Shown: positions 10,329 to 20,610, counted from the stretch's first letter. The stretch: DNA of 64,000 nucleotides from an uncultured delta proteobacterium (GCA_963827685.1 CAWHBU010000004.1:704001-768000), one strand, 5' to 3'. The notes: generated by a model from the sequence alone, not told the origin. Made by a program: numbers and translations.

Positions 10329-10376
10329 TTGACATCAAAAAAGAACAGAGATATAAATAGTCTACAAATGTAGACC
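10329..10376 (+). promoter_or_regulatory. lexA promoter with candidate LexA operator
   Basis: TTGACA(10329)-17 bp-TATAAA(10352); palindrome AGTCTACAAATGTAGACC at 10359-10376 matches GGTT-N2-C-N4-G-N3-ACC with 2 mismatches. Confidence 0.7.
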
Positions 10377-10407
10377 TAACCATTGAAATTCAAATTTCAA
10401 AGAGACC

Positions 10408-10473
10408 GTAGGGTCGGCCACCGTGCCGACCAAAAGGAATTAAGTGTAGGGTCGGCACAGCGGCCTGCCCTAC
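10408..10473. repeat. GTAG-type REP-like palindromes
   Basis: GTAGGGTCGGCCACCGTGCCGACC and GTAGGGTCGGCACAGCGGCCTGCCCTAC; related copies at 10732-10790 inside lexA. Confidence 0.7.
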
Positions 10474-10503
10474 ATTAAATAAATATTAAACATAGGGTAC
10501 AAA

Positions 10504-11172
10504 ATGAAAAAAGAAAGAGAGTTGACAGAAACACAGAAGAGAGTATTCAATTTTTTGAAAGACTACCTTGGAGAAAAGGGATTTCCTCCAACGCTTCGTG
10601 AGATAGCTTCTCACTTCGGGTTGAGAGGACCTAATGCTCCGCAAAAAACCTTAAATATATTGGAGAGAAAGGGTTACATCCGAAAAGTCCCGGGAGTTTC
10701 GAGGGCAATTGAAATTTTAGGATCCAAGGTTGGCAGGCACAGTGGCCTGCCCTACAAAATGGGGTTTGTAGAGTCGGCCACTGTGCCGACTTTCCCAATT
10801 CCAATTGTGGGGAGGGTGCGAGCAGGTGAACCCATTCTCGCCATCGAGAATATCGAGGGTTACATCAACCTCGATCGGAGTTTTGCTTCATCAGGAGATG
10901 TTTTCCTTCTTCGTGTCCAAGGGGATAGCATGATCGATGCCCACATCCAGGATGGAGATTTTGCTCTGGTGAGACCCCAGCCCAATGCAGAGAATGGTGA
11001 GATTGTAGTGGCTTTAATTGAGGATGAAGCTACCATCAAGAGGATTTTTAAAAAGAGGGATTTGATCCGGCTTGAACCAGCCAACCCCAAGATGGAACCT
11101 ATTGTCGTTAAAAAGGGGGAGAAAAAGGTCACCATTGTGGGAAAGGTAATAGGGATTTTTAGGAAACTTTAA
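10504..11172 (+). CDS. lexA: SOS repressor LexA
   Basis: GFPPTLREIA wHTH, Ala-Gly cleavage site (VRAGEP), GDSM Ser, TIKR Lys. Confidence 0.96.
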   Translation: MKKERELTETQKRVFNFLKDYLGEKGFPPTLREIASHFGLRGPNAPQKTLNILERKGYIRKVPGVSRAIEILGSKVGRHSGLPYKMGFVESATVPTFPIPIVGRVRAGEPILAIENIEGYINLDRSFASSGDVFLLRVQGDSMIDAHIQDGDFALVRPQPNAENGEIVVALIEDEATIKRIFKKRDLIRLEPANPKMEPIVVKKGEKKVTIVGKVIGIFRKL

Positions 11173-11177
11173 CATCA

Positions 11178-11205
11178 ATTGCGGATTGCGGAATGCGGAA
11201 TGCGG
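11178..11205 (+). repeat. Heptamer array (A[T/A]TGCGG)x4, left arm
   Basis: attgcgg attgcgg aatgcgg aatgcgg. Confidence 0.9.
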
Positions 11206-11279
11206 ATTGAAATGGAAGGGTAAAGAGCGATTTTATTTTTGAGTGGAATAAGGTAGAAATGCCTAAAAGGGGGAAAGAT

Positions 11280-11648
11280 ATGAATCAAGAAGAGATGAAA
11301 CAAAGAACAAAGTTGTTTGCACTTGGTGTTATTCAACTCGTGGAATCACTTCCCAAGGAGCGAACGGCAGAAATACTTGGTAGACAATTGTTGCGATCAG
11401 GGACTTCAGTTGGATCGAACTATCGGAGTGCTTGCCGAGCCAGGTCTATCGCAGACTTTATTTCTAAGATGGGTATTGTTGAAGAAGAAGTGGACGAATT
11501 ATTGTATTGGATGGAGTTATTAATCGAAGCTGGGATAAAAGTTAACATGAGAATGGAAGCATTGATGAAGGAAGCGGGAGAAATTCTAGCCATTACCGTT
11601 GCCTCAATAAAAACTGCGAAAAACAAAAAACTTAGTAGTCGGAAATAG
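11280..11648 (+). CDS. Four-helix-bundle protein (23S rRNA IVP/Avd-like family)
   Basis: QLLRSGTSVGSNYRSA...DFISKMGIVEEE signature; start likely ATG 11280. Confidence 0.9.
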   Translation: MNQEEMKQRTKLFALGVIQLVESLPKERTAEILGRQLLRSGTSVGSNYRSACRARSIADFISKMGIVEEEVDELLYWMELLIEAGIKVNMRMEALMKEAGEILAITVASIKTAKNKKLSSRK

Positions 11649-11668
11649 ATCAGATTTTTATTTAAAAT

Positions 11669-11696
11669 TCGCAATCCGAAATCCGCAATCCGAAAT
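11669..11696 (-). repeat. Heptamer array (CCG[C/A]AAT), right arm, inverted relative to 11178-11205
   Basis: tcgcaat ccgaaat ccgcaat ccgaaat. Confidence 0.9.
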
Positions 11697-11702
11697 AGAT
11701 TC

Positions 11703-12857
11703 ATGGACGACCGCATTATTCTTCACATCGATATGGATGCTTTTTTTATTTCAGTGGAGCAGAGGGATAATCCATCGCTCCGGGGAAAACCTGCAGCGGT
11801 TTGTGGCTCTCTTTCTCGAAGTGTGGTGACTTCGGCCACCTATGAGGCAAGACCTTATGGAATTCGGGCGGGAATGTCGACCTAGGAGGCAAAAAGGCGT
11901 TGTCCTCAATTGATCCTCGTCAAAGGGGATCATTCCAAATACACAGAGACAGCTGCCCGGATCTTCTCTATTCTGAAAGGATATACGCCCTTGGTGGAAG
12001 TCGCCTCTATTGACGAGGCCTATCTCGATATTACTCAATCCCTACTTTTATTCCAATCTCCTTTCCTTATTGCCCAATCGATCAAAGATCAAATCCGTGA
12101 GAGTGAACAATTGACCTGCTCCATCGGAGTGGCTCCGAATAAACTCCTTGCGAAGTTGGGGAGTGGTTTGAGAAAACCTGATGGGTTGACAGTAATTGAA
12201 AAAAACGATGTCGGGAAAACATTAGAGGACCTTCCCGTTTCAAGCCTTTTTGGAATCGGTCCAAAACTGACAGAGACGCTCAATTCAATCGGCATTTTTA
12301 CCTGCGGTCAATTGGGACAATTTCCAGTCTCGGATTTAACAAAAAGGTTCGGTGTTATCGGTGAGAGGCTTCAGGAAATGGGTTTGGGTTTGGATGATAG
12401 CCCGGTTGTTCCATTTGATGAGGAAGAAGATGCCAAGTCAATCAGCCATAGTGTCACTCTCGAAGAAGACACTTCGGATCCGAATATCCTGAGAAAAGTT
12501 TTGCTTCAACTTTCCGAAAGGGTTTCAAGAAGGATGAGGAGAGAAGGGTTTTATGGTAAGAGGATTGCCCTTACAGTCCGTTACTCAGATTTTTTTACCT
12601 TCTCAAAACAAAGAACCCTTTCCAAATGGATTAACAGCGGCAACGAAATATTCCAGTACGCCTTTGAGACCTTTAAATCAGTCTCCCATCCAAAACCGAT
12701 TCGTCTCCTGGGAGTGGGGGTATCTCTTTTAAAAAAGGAATGGTGCCAGTTGGATCTTTTTGAGAAAAGGGAGAAGAAAGATAATCTCCTAAAAGCGATG
12801 GACCGCGTGAACGAACGATTCGGAGATTGGACGCTCACCTGGGCAGGGCTTTATTAA
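11703..12857 (+). pseudogene. dinB: DNA polymerase IV with in-frame TAG at codon 61
   Basis: [23 protein letters not shown] and NKLLAK motifs; both ORF-track pieces share one frame, split only by TAG at 11883-11885. Confidence 0.9.
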
Positions 12858-13306
12858 AAAGGGATACAAGGGAGCTCAAATTAGATTTTTTTTGAGTCAA
12901 CGCCGTAAATATGTGGACTTCACAAGTCAACAAAAAAAGACATGGTGATGTTTGAAAATTACGGGTTGAAAGTGAGCGTAACAGCCCGTCCTGCCACGAG
13001 GCTTTACCCAATAACCCCCTTATTAGGCAAGTTTCAAGACAAACACCTCATTTACCCTGAAACACCTGCCGTAGATCAGCGAGCCAAGTTCGCCTCAAAC
13101 GGGAAAAACTGCTTCCCCTCGCAAACTTGGGCCAGTTCTTATCCCAGACGATTCAAGTCAAGGAGAATGGCAGTATCTCAATTGACCCGGCAGGAGGCCC
13201 AAGGGAGTGTTTTTGAATAGATCGAAGTTTTCTACAACCGGATCAGAAGACACTCCTCTTTGGACTCTTGTTCTCCTGCTGAGTTCGAAAAAAGGATGGG
13301 TGAAAC

Positions 13307-13543
13307 TTAATTGGCTGTCCGCTTTTTCGCGTAAAGATCGGGTTCATTGGTAAAGAATGCGCGATCCATATCTTCCCTATCCATATTTTCCAAATCTTGC
13401 AAAGAATATCGGATTCCAGAAACCAGTGTTTCCTCCCCCACAGTTTGAGGATCACTTCTTTTGGCAGCAGACTTCTGGCTGGCGGCACAGCTAAGGGAAA
13501 AAATAGCTGCGATGACTAAGGTCAATAAGCTTTTCGATTTCAT
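13307..13543 (-). CDS. Small putative lipoprotein
   Basis: GGAGG RBS; MKSKSLLTLVIAAIFSLSC lipobox. Confidence 0.6.
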   Translation of the reverse strand: MKSKSLLTLVIAAIFSLSCAASQKSAAKRSDPQTVGEETLVSGIRYSLQDLENMDREDMDRAFFTNEPDLYAKKRTAN

Positions 13544-13802
13544 AAAGAACCTCCTTTTTTGGTAGATGTATGAAGGATTGCGCAAGTAGTATGCCGTTCG
13601 TATCAATCTGCAATAAGTATTTAAAGTTTCAGCATTTTATTGATAATGACGCATGAATTGAGTGACAATTATTGGCAATTTTTTCGGTCAAGATTGCTGA
13701 ATTCCATGAAGTATTGTTATGTTGGGGGGATTCAAAAATGAAGTTCGGAAAGGAAGTGTTTGTTAAACCTATATCTCTTAACTTAGGGTAATCGCGCACC
13801 CC

Positions 13803-16800
13803 CTATTCTCGAAGGGCAGAAAGCAGTTTTTCTACTTGATATTCGGATTTCTCTTCGGCCTTTTGCCATGTTTGAATCGTTGAGTAACATTTTTGTAATT
13901 CTTCAACCACGGCATTGACGGGGCGAAGAGGATCGGAGCCGATGGTCAAGGCGGCCACCATCATCAGCCACCAAAGCATCTCCTCAAAAGCTTCTTTGTT
14001 GAACCACCAAATATCGTTGCACTGGTTCACCTGCAAAAATTGCTGAATATCACTATCCTTCAACAATAATTCTAATATTCCATGAGCTTGCTCTTGGTCG
14101 GATGGCTTCTCCTCAAACCACCGTTGATGACCCGTGAGCCATTTGATGACTGTCAATGAATTCCATGCAACAGTTTCTTCAAGCCCCAAATCCCTCAGAA
14201 CGCCAAAGATCGTTTTCCCAAACCCCCATTCCTCAATCCAAGTACGGCTCTGCCCTGCAAAGTCCCTGTGATTGACCACCTTGCCGAGGGTATGGACAAA
14301 TAACCAACTGAAAAGTGTCGCCCAGGTGGTTGTTGAACCGGTCAGCTTCTTGTGCAGGTATTCTGCTGCGGCTTTGACTCCTTTTGGTTGGAGCCGTGAG
14401 TAGCGGCTGGTAATGATGGGCAGGTATAAAATGGCTTCCAGTTTACGCCTTATCTCTTGGACAATCGTCGTCTCATCTTCTTTCCCCCCGCTGAGCTGTT
14501 TGGTTTCTTGGAGAAGGCGGATCATTTTCTTTTCTATCTCTTCCATCAGTTTTTGATCGAGTTGGGCCTGTGGTTGGCTGATGCGTGCCTCCATCAAGCG
14601 GTGGAATGTGTCCACATTAACCAGCCCTTTGAAAGCCTCGTGCAGAGGCTGCAGCAACATCTCTTTCAATGCGTCTTCAATACTGGGTACGCCACGGCCA
14701 TTTAAATCATTGGCTATCTGGGCATAGTGACGCCATTGGTTATCCCGAACTTCTCTAAAATCGATGAATACATGATACTTGTAGGCACCCAGCTCCACAT
14801 ACAATCCTTTTTTGCACAATTCCTCGCTGTTACGAATGTATTCCAGGCCGGTCACGTTGTCCCTGAAAATGGAGAAATAGGATTGATCATCGTGCAATCC
14901 GAGGCCTTCTCCCAAATCTTTCTGAATTAATGTGCGTTCATCCCCTTCAGCGGGCTTGATCGAATAGGCGACGGAGGACCGGACCCAGCCTCGGGCGGAC
15001 TCATATTTGTTATGATAGATGATTAAAGATCGCTGCTCGCCGGATCGATTGGAGTAAGCGAATACGTTCTCATTGACATAGCCCTCTGGAGAGAAAAAAT
15101 CGTAAAGCAGGAAATTCTTTACGTCAGAAAAATGATGACGTCGCTTCATCAGTGGAAAAATCTCTTTTTCATGCCGCTGGATTAGTTCCTGGTCCGGTTG
15201 TTCATCCCATTTGGCGTACCGGTATTCCATTCCATATTTCTCGTTGAATCCTTCGGCCTGGCCATGGGCAAACATGGGGAGTCCGGGCATGGTCACCATC
15301 ATTGTGCATACGCCGAAGTATTTATCTCCCTTGCCAAATTGAGTCACAGCCGTTTCCTCATCAGGGTTGCTCATAAAATTGACAAATCGTTTGAGGACCT
15401 CAGGATTGAATTCGAGCGTGTTCTTCATGACGGAGCGGTATTTGGCGTTTTCTTCGTCTTTCAGCATGTTCATGAAGGCGCTGTTGTAAACCCGATGCAT
15501 CCCCAAGGTTCGGACGAAGTATCCCTCCAGCAACCAGAAGGCTTCGGCCAGTAATAATGTATCAGGGGCTTCCTGAGCCACACGGTCCACCACCTGACGC
15601 CAGAATTCTTCGGGTATGAAACGGTTGAATTGTTCTTTCGGCATGCCGTGTTCCGCTCGGGAAGGAATGGCTCCGCCTGTGCCCGGTTCCGGGAACCACA
15701 GACGTTGATAATGTCGCTTCGCCAAGGTCATGGCCGCATCGAAACGGATGACAGGAAATTTTCGGGCGACGTTAAGGATCGTTTGAATAACCGCCTCTCT
15801 CACGTCGGGGTTAAGGTAGTTCAACTGGGCCGTATCATTCCAGGGCATTCGAGTCCCGTCGTTGCCGTGGTAGATGAACTTTTCGTTGCCGTTCCTCCGG
15901 TCCACCCTTTTGAAGACCACGGCTGCGTCACTCCGGTCGAAATAATGATCTTCGAGATAAATCCCTACTTCCCCATGCCACGAGAGGTCTGGTCCATTGA
16001 AGCGATAAGCAGGAAAGGGACTATAATCCAGGGAAACAAACCACTCCGGATGTTCGATGACCCATCTGGAATCAATGCCCACATGGTTGGGTACCATATC
16101 GCTTGCCATGCGGATGCCTCGCCTCCAAGCCCGGTCTTTTAAATTCTGAAACGCTTCTTCACCTCCGAGGTCGCTTGCGATCTCGTAGTCGAACAGGGAA
16201 TAAGCCGAAGCCACTGCATCGGGATCGCCCAACAGCTCTTTGATTCGTTTGGATGCGAGGCTTCTCTCCCACACGCCAATCAGCCACAAGCCGGTGAAAC
16301 CCCAACGGGCTAAGAGATTCAGTTCTTCATCAGGAATTTGATCGAGCCGGTAGATGGAGCGCCGGTATTTCCTGGAGAGTTGATGGAGCCACACATAAAC
16401 ATTTTTTGCCATGAGAACCAACTTGGGCATCCAGTCGAGATCAAAACTAAAGCGTTCCGGTTCCTCTTCCATTCCGAGAAATTCATAGACCTCCGCAGGA
16501 GCACGGCCCCAAAATGCCATTCTCCGCAATTCCGCAATTTCTTCCTCTTTAATCAAGTCGAGACTACTGAGAAGTCGTAAGAGATAAGGGCCCAGTAAAT
16601 AACCCCATTTGTCCCGGATGTATGCCAGCTGTCCTGAAAGCGAGTGGGGAGCTGCCAGGGCAGGGCTACGAAGCATGTCGACGAGGTTCTGATGATCAGG
16701 CCCAAACAAAGGCTGGTTGTCAAAGAAGGGATGGAGAGCTTCAATGATTTGCAAGTAAAACGTATCCTTTTCCAGTGCAATGTCATCGAACAACTCGATA

Positions 16801-17309
16801 AAAGGAGAAAAGGCTGGATTCGTATTGGCCAGCCAGAGCATGAGCATCTCTTCCAATACAATCAACCGGTGAGGGACTCCCGCTGTTTCTCCTTCTAAAT
16901 AGGTATTAAGTTCCACTTCACGGCGATAGACGGCTACCGCTGGAAATTCATCGGCAAATCTCCGTAGGGCCTCATCCACTTTTTGTTCACCCAGCTTCTC
17001 ATAGAGCCAATCCAGGGCCTGTTGCATCACCTGCGCATTCTTTTCACCCCGATACAAGCCCACAACGTAATGGAGGATTTCGTCAATCAACCCCATGGCA
17101 TTGATGTGGCCGGCTTTAACGGCTTGGTCGGGGAAGGTGATCAAATCTCTTTTTTCATTTATTTTCGCGACAAATAATCTTGCGGCATGAAAGTTGAGGA
17201 AAATGATATTTCCGGTAAGGGAAAACAAGGATTCATCAAATTGGTAGAAATCCCTTACCTTCCGGGAGATGTGAAACTCCATCATCATAGCGTTCTTCCT
17301 ATTTGTCAT
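13803..17309 (-). CDS. Large GH13 alpha-amylase-family glycoside hydrolase
   Basis: DMVPNH, RFDAA nucleophile, LAEAFW acid/base, NPDE; start uncertain (17309 or 17288). Confidence 0.88.
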   Translation of the reverse strand: MTNRKNAMMMEFHISRKVRDFYQFDESLFSLTGNIIFLNFHAARLFVAKINEKRDLITFPDQAVKAGHINAMGLIDEILHYVVGLYRGEKNAQVMQQALDWLYEKLGEQKVDEALRRFADEFPAVAVYRREVELNTYLEGETAGVPHRLIVLEEMLMLWLANTNPAFSPFIELFDDIALEKDTFYLQIIEALHPFFDNQPLFGPDHQNLVDMLRSPALAAPHSLSGQLAYIRDKWGYLLGPYLLRLLSSLDLIKEEEIAELRRMAFWGRAPAEVYEFLGMEEEPERFSFDLDWMPKLVLMAKNVYVWLHQLSRKYRRSIYRLDQIPDEELNLLARWGFTGLWLIGVWERSLASKRIKELLGDPDAVASAYSLFDYEIASDLGGEEAFQNLKDRAWRRGIRMASDMVPNHVGIDSRWVIEHPEWFVSLDYSPFPAYRFNGPDLSWHGEVGIYLEDHYFDRSDAAVVFKRVDRRNGNEKFIYHGNDGTRMPWNDTAQLNYLNPDVREAVIQTILNVARKFPVIRFDAAMTLAKRHYQRLWFPEPGTGGAIPSRAEHGMPKEQFNRFIPEEFWRQVVDRVAQEAPDTLLLAEAFWLLEGYFVRTLGMHRVYNSAFMNMLKDEENAKYRSVMKNTLEFNPEVLKRFVNFMSNPDEETAVTQFGKGDKYFGVCTMMVTMPGLPMFAHGQAEGFNEKYGMEYRYAKWDEQPDQELIQRHEKEIFPLMKRRHHFSDVKNFLLYDFFSPEGYVNENVFAYSNRSGEQRSLIIYHNKYESARGWVRSSVAYSIKPAEGDERTLIQKDLGEGLGLHDDQSYFSIFRDNVTGLEYIRNSEELCKKGLYVELGAYKYHVFIDFREVRDNQWRHYAQIANDLNGRGVPSIEDALKEMLLQPLHEAFKGLVNVDTFHRLMEARISQPQAQLDQKLMEEIEKKMIRLLQETKQLSGGKEDETTIVQEIRRKLEAILYLPIITSRYSRLQPKGVKAAAEYLHKKLTGSTTTWATLFSWLFVHTLGKVVNHRDFAGQSRTWIEEWGFGKTIFGVLRDLGLEETVAWNSLTVIKWLTGHQRWFEEKPSDQEQAHGILELLLKDSDIQQFLQVNQCNDIWWFNKEAFEEMLWWLMMVAALTIGSDPLRPVNAVVEELQKCYSTIQTWQKAEEKSEYQVEKLLSALRE

Positions 17310-17405
17310 CCTATTGAATATACAAATATAGGCTATTCTTCTGATTGACTCAAGCGAAATTATAAACCCAAAAATAGATATTGAAAAAGACAAACCCCAA
17401 AAAAC

Positions 17406-17635
17406 TCCCCTCCCCTGGCGGGAGGGGATTGAGGGGAGGGGGATGAAAATGGTGATAATGCACCCTCACCGCGCCGTCGCCAAAGCGGCCTGCCTGCACG
17501 ACCTGCTCGCCGAAGAAGTTCTCCGGCACACGAGAGCTTTTCGGCGAAGGCAGGCTATGGCGCGTCGGCGACCCAGCCCTCTCCCCTGCCTTCGCCGAAG
17601 CGGCTTCGCGCAGGCAGGCATCAAGGAGAGGGGGA
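17406..17635. repeat. Multi-level nested palindromic repeat cluster
   Basis: C-run/G-run hairpins containing GCGCC/GGCGC arms and two CCTGCC...GGCAGG inserts. Confidence 0.7.
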
Positions 17636-17777
17636 ACTGGGTCGAGTCAATGTCTATTTTTGGGATGAATCTTCATCAGAGAAAAACCTGTTACCGGTAA
17701 TGAATGATGACAAAAAGTGAGAATATTTTTTAATGTTGTGCTTGTGTTTATCACTCTTTTCCGATATGCTTCACCCG

Positions 17778-19190
17778 ATGTCTAATTATAAACACGTTCT
17801 CGCCTTGAATCCCTATTTTGGGGATTCTACCGCGCTGATGGGACTCTTCCCTCCGACCGGCCTTGAGTACATCGTTGCAAGCATGAAAGATCTGGTGGGG
17901 AAGGTGACACTTCTCGATCTTCGACATGAGAAAACCTACCAGGATCCGAAGGCACTCAGCAAGTTTATCAGGGACGAAATCGATCTATTATGCATCAGTA
18001 TCCGGTGGCGGTCCCGGTTTGAGGACGTCTGTGAATTTGTCTCTCAGCTGCCTCCTGAGGTTTGCACCATTGTCGGAGGCTACCAGGCGACGCAGGAAGT
18101 CGAGTATCTGTTCAAGCGCTGTTCGAATATCGACATGATTGTGCGGGGCGAGGGTGAAGATATTATCAAACAGGTCGTCACCGGGGTCCCGTACAAGGAT
18201 ATCCGCGGGCTTTCGTACCGGGAGAATGGAGGAGTTGTCTACAACGAAATCCATCCCCTGCCTGACATCATGCGTATCCCGTTTCCTGACCGGTCCCTGA
18301 GAAAACAGGATTACACCATGGAGAAATTCGGTGTCCGGCTCACCAGCCATACGTTTGATACGATACTGACTACGCGTGGATGTCCGTTTAATTGCAAGTT
18401 CTGTACCTTCAGTCTCAATCCGCTGGGACAGAAAAGGAGCTATACGGAACGACCGCTTGAATCGGTCATCGAGGAATTGAAGACGGTTACGGCTGATGTG
18501 GTGCTTTTCAGCGATGACAACTTCTTCACGAACCCGGAAAGAAGTGAACGGCTTTGCGATCTGATTATCGAGAACGAGATCAAGAAGATCTTTGTCGTCC
18601 AGGCGCGGATTGATATGGCAAAGCATCCCAGGGTGCTCGAGAAGGCGGCAAAAGCGGGTTTCAAGGTCTTCCTGATCGGGATCGAGTCGCCGCACGACTG
18701 GATCTTGAAGCAAATTCAGAAGGGGATTACCCAGCAGCAGATTCGGGAGGCGTTTGCCGTCCTGACGCAATATGACTTCTATCTGCATGGGTACTTCATC
18801 TACGGCAACATCGGCGAGACAGAAGAAGAGATGCTCTATATCCCGGAGTTTGCGAAGGAGATCAAGCTGGATTCCATCAGTTTTCAGAAACTCCGTATCG
18901 AGAAGTTTTCATCCTTAAAGAAAGTGGTTGAAGAAACACCGGGCTACTATTACAACCGCGTCGGCGGTTCCGTGTATTCTGACCGATACGGGCGCAAGGA
19001 GTTGAAGCAAATCCGAAACCGGATCCGGTCGAAATTCTACGATCTGCGACAGGTCATTGATATTATCAGAAAAGCCCATCGAATTGGGCTTGTCAGTGGC
19101 CGCGACTTGACGAAGGCCCTTCTTAATCTGCCTGTTTTTTTGTATGGGATAGTTAGAAGGGAAGCACGAGTTTGGATGAGGATGATTTAG
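17778..19190 (+). CDS. B12-binding (class B-like) radical SAM protein
   Basis: PPTGLEY, IVGG, GEGE cobalamin-binding domain; TRGCPFNCKFC; start likely 17778. Confidence 0.88.
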   Translation: MSNYKHVLALNPYFGDSTALMGLFPPTGLEYIVASMKDLVGKVTLLDLRHEKTYQDPKALSKFIRDEIDLLCISIRWRSRFEDVCEFVSQLPPEVCTIVGGYQATQEVEYLFKRCSNIDMIVRGEGEDIIKQVVTGVPYKDIRGLSYRENGGVVYNEIHPLPDIMRIPFPDRSLRKQDYTMEKFGVRLTSHTFDTILTTRGCPFNCKFCTFSLNPLGQKRSYTERPLESVIEELKTVTADVVLFSDDNFFTNPERSERLCDLIIENEIKKIFVVQARIDMAKHPRVLEKAAKAGFKVFLIGIESPHDWILKQIQKGITQQQIREAFAVLTQYDFYLHGYFIYGNIGETEEEMLYIPEFAKEIKLDSISFQKLRIEKFSSLKKVVEETPGYYYNRVGGSVYSDRYGRKELKQIRNRIRSKFYDLRQVIDIIRKAHRIGLVSGRDLTKALLNLPVFLYGIVRREARVWMRMI

Positions 19191-19203
19191 GGAAGAATAT
19201 ATT

Positions 19204-20007
19204 TTATCTCAGGCCAATTTCTGAGAGCTTAACGAATCTGAATCCCCTCTTTTTCATTTCTGGAATGGCCTCTATGACTCCCTCTGCTGTTTGTCCTTCA
19301 GGATGGTTCATGTGCATCAGGATAATGGATGAGGTAGGGGCATTCCATAATGCCTCTTTCACTTGTGTCTTTGAGTAGGTAGCCCCGGCGTCACCCCGAA
19401 CACTGAAATTTACCACTTCATACCCCAAGGCATTGGTGACCTGTACACAAATTTCATCGCAGTAGGCCGCGGCGGGCCGGTAATATCTTGGTTTGCGACC
19501 GATCAGATTTAGAATTTTTAACGCATTCAATTCTACTTCGTCATAAATCTCTCCAACACTTTTTGTCCCTCTTATTCCATAAACCGATCGGCCAATGGCA
19601 GAGCATGTCCTGTGGTTCAAACCGTGATTTTCAATTTCGAATAGAGGATTTTTTGTTAGGTTCTGAAAAATATCAGGGTTCGCATCAATCCACTTGCCGC
19701 TGATGAACAACGTGACGGGAATCGCCTCGCTGGTCAAAAAGTCGATTAACTTAGCATCATATCTACTCCCCTTCGGGCCGCCACAGGCGTCGAAGGTCAA
19801 TGCTAAAACTTTCTGGTCTGTGTTTAATCTGGTTTTGACTCCCTTAACTACCTCTCCCCATTCTTGCGGAGCTTTGCCCGCGAAGGTTGAGATGATCCGT
19901 TCCCTCGTTTGTATTTCTTGAGACAGTCCTGATTCAATGCTCCAGAGGAAAAAAAGGAGGGTATAGATCAGAAACTTCAAAATCATTTTGCATCTATCTC
20001 TGTTCAT
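19204..20007 (-). CDS. Polysaccharide deacetylase (NodB/CE4), exported
   Basis: ALTFDAC, ENHGLNH, YRP, LMH motifs; N-terminal hydrophobic segment. Confidence 0.88.
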   Translation of the reverse strand: MNRDRCKMILKFLIYTLLFFLWSIESGLSQEIQTRERIISTFAGKAPQEWGEVVKGVKTRLNTDQKVLALTFDACGGPKGSRYDAKLIDFLTSEAIPVTLFISGKWIDANPDIFQNLTKNPLFEIENHGLNHRTCSAIGRSVYGIRGTKSVGEIYDEVELNALKILNLIGRKPRYYRPAAAYCDEICVQVTNALGYEVVNFSVRGDAGATYSKTQVKEALWNAPTSSIILMHMNHPEGQTAEGVIEAIPEMKKRGFRFVKLSEIGLR

Positions 20008-20054
20008 GCATCTCTTTTAACCTGAAGCAGCCCTGCTATTCAATCCCCCTCGTC

Positions 20055-20121
20055 TTTACCCTGTTAGATAAAACTCAATCTATACCCACGTCAGACTAAT
20101 TCTTCCATCTAACAGGGTGAA
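20055..20121. repeat. MITE-like element with ~15-bp terminal inverted repeats
   Basis: TTTACCCTGTTAGAT...ATCTAACAGGGTGAA inserted in a C-run/G-run hairpin. Confidence 0.6.
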
Positions 20122-20211
20122 TCCTCTCCCCCAAAGAGGGAGGGGACAATTGGGGAGGAGGCAATTTCGGGCAGAATTAAAAGTCCGGCATTTAGCATCT
20201 CGACCTGCAGA

Positions 20212-20610
20212 TTGTCCGCGTTCAACCTGCTCAAGGTTGAGGAAGAGCTTTCTGCGGTCGATCTTCGCCTGGCGCGGGTCTATATCGAAAACAAGGGCTA
20301 TGAGGATTTGATCGCTTGCTTTGAGAGGCCAAGAGTGGTCATTGCGAGGAGCGTTAGCGACGTGGCAATCTCAGGGATTGCTTCACTTCGCTCCCAATGA
20401 CAGTTCCATTTGAGTACAAACTATAATATGCTCCGAGCAGTAAATGGTATCCTTAAGACTTTGAAAGGGAAATTCATTCTCTCGATCAATGATCATCCGC
20501 AGATCCTGAAAACCCTTAAAGGATTCCGCATCTCGAAGGAGAAAACCCGTTATACAGCCGGCCACACCTCCCCGAAGCAGACGACCGAGCTCCTGATTTC
20601 GAATTATTGA
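20212..20610 (+). pseudogene. Remnant of a Dam-type DNA adenine methyltransferase
   Basis: EELSAV.LRLARVYIEN and LKGKFILSIND...ELLISNY fragments; DPPY region absent and replaced by a GTCATTGCGAG-type repeat (20338-20401). Confidence 0.7.

Noticed and set aside
11259-11648. Diversity-generating retroelement suggested by the Avd-like protein
   Set aside because: No reverse transcriptase and no TR/VR pair with adenine-specific mismatches in the window.
12900-13300. 92-aa ORF or structured RNA after dinB
   Set aside because: No recognisable motif or RBS; a single hairpin (~12961-12989) is not enough to call a feature.
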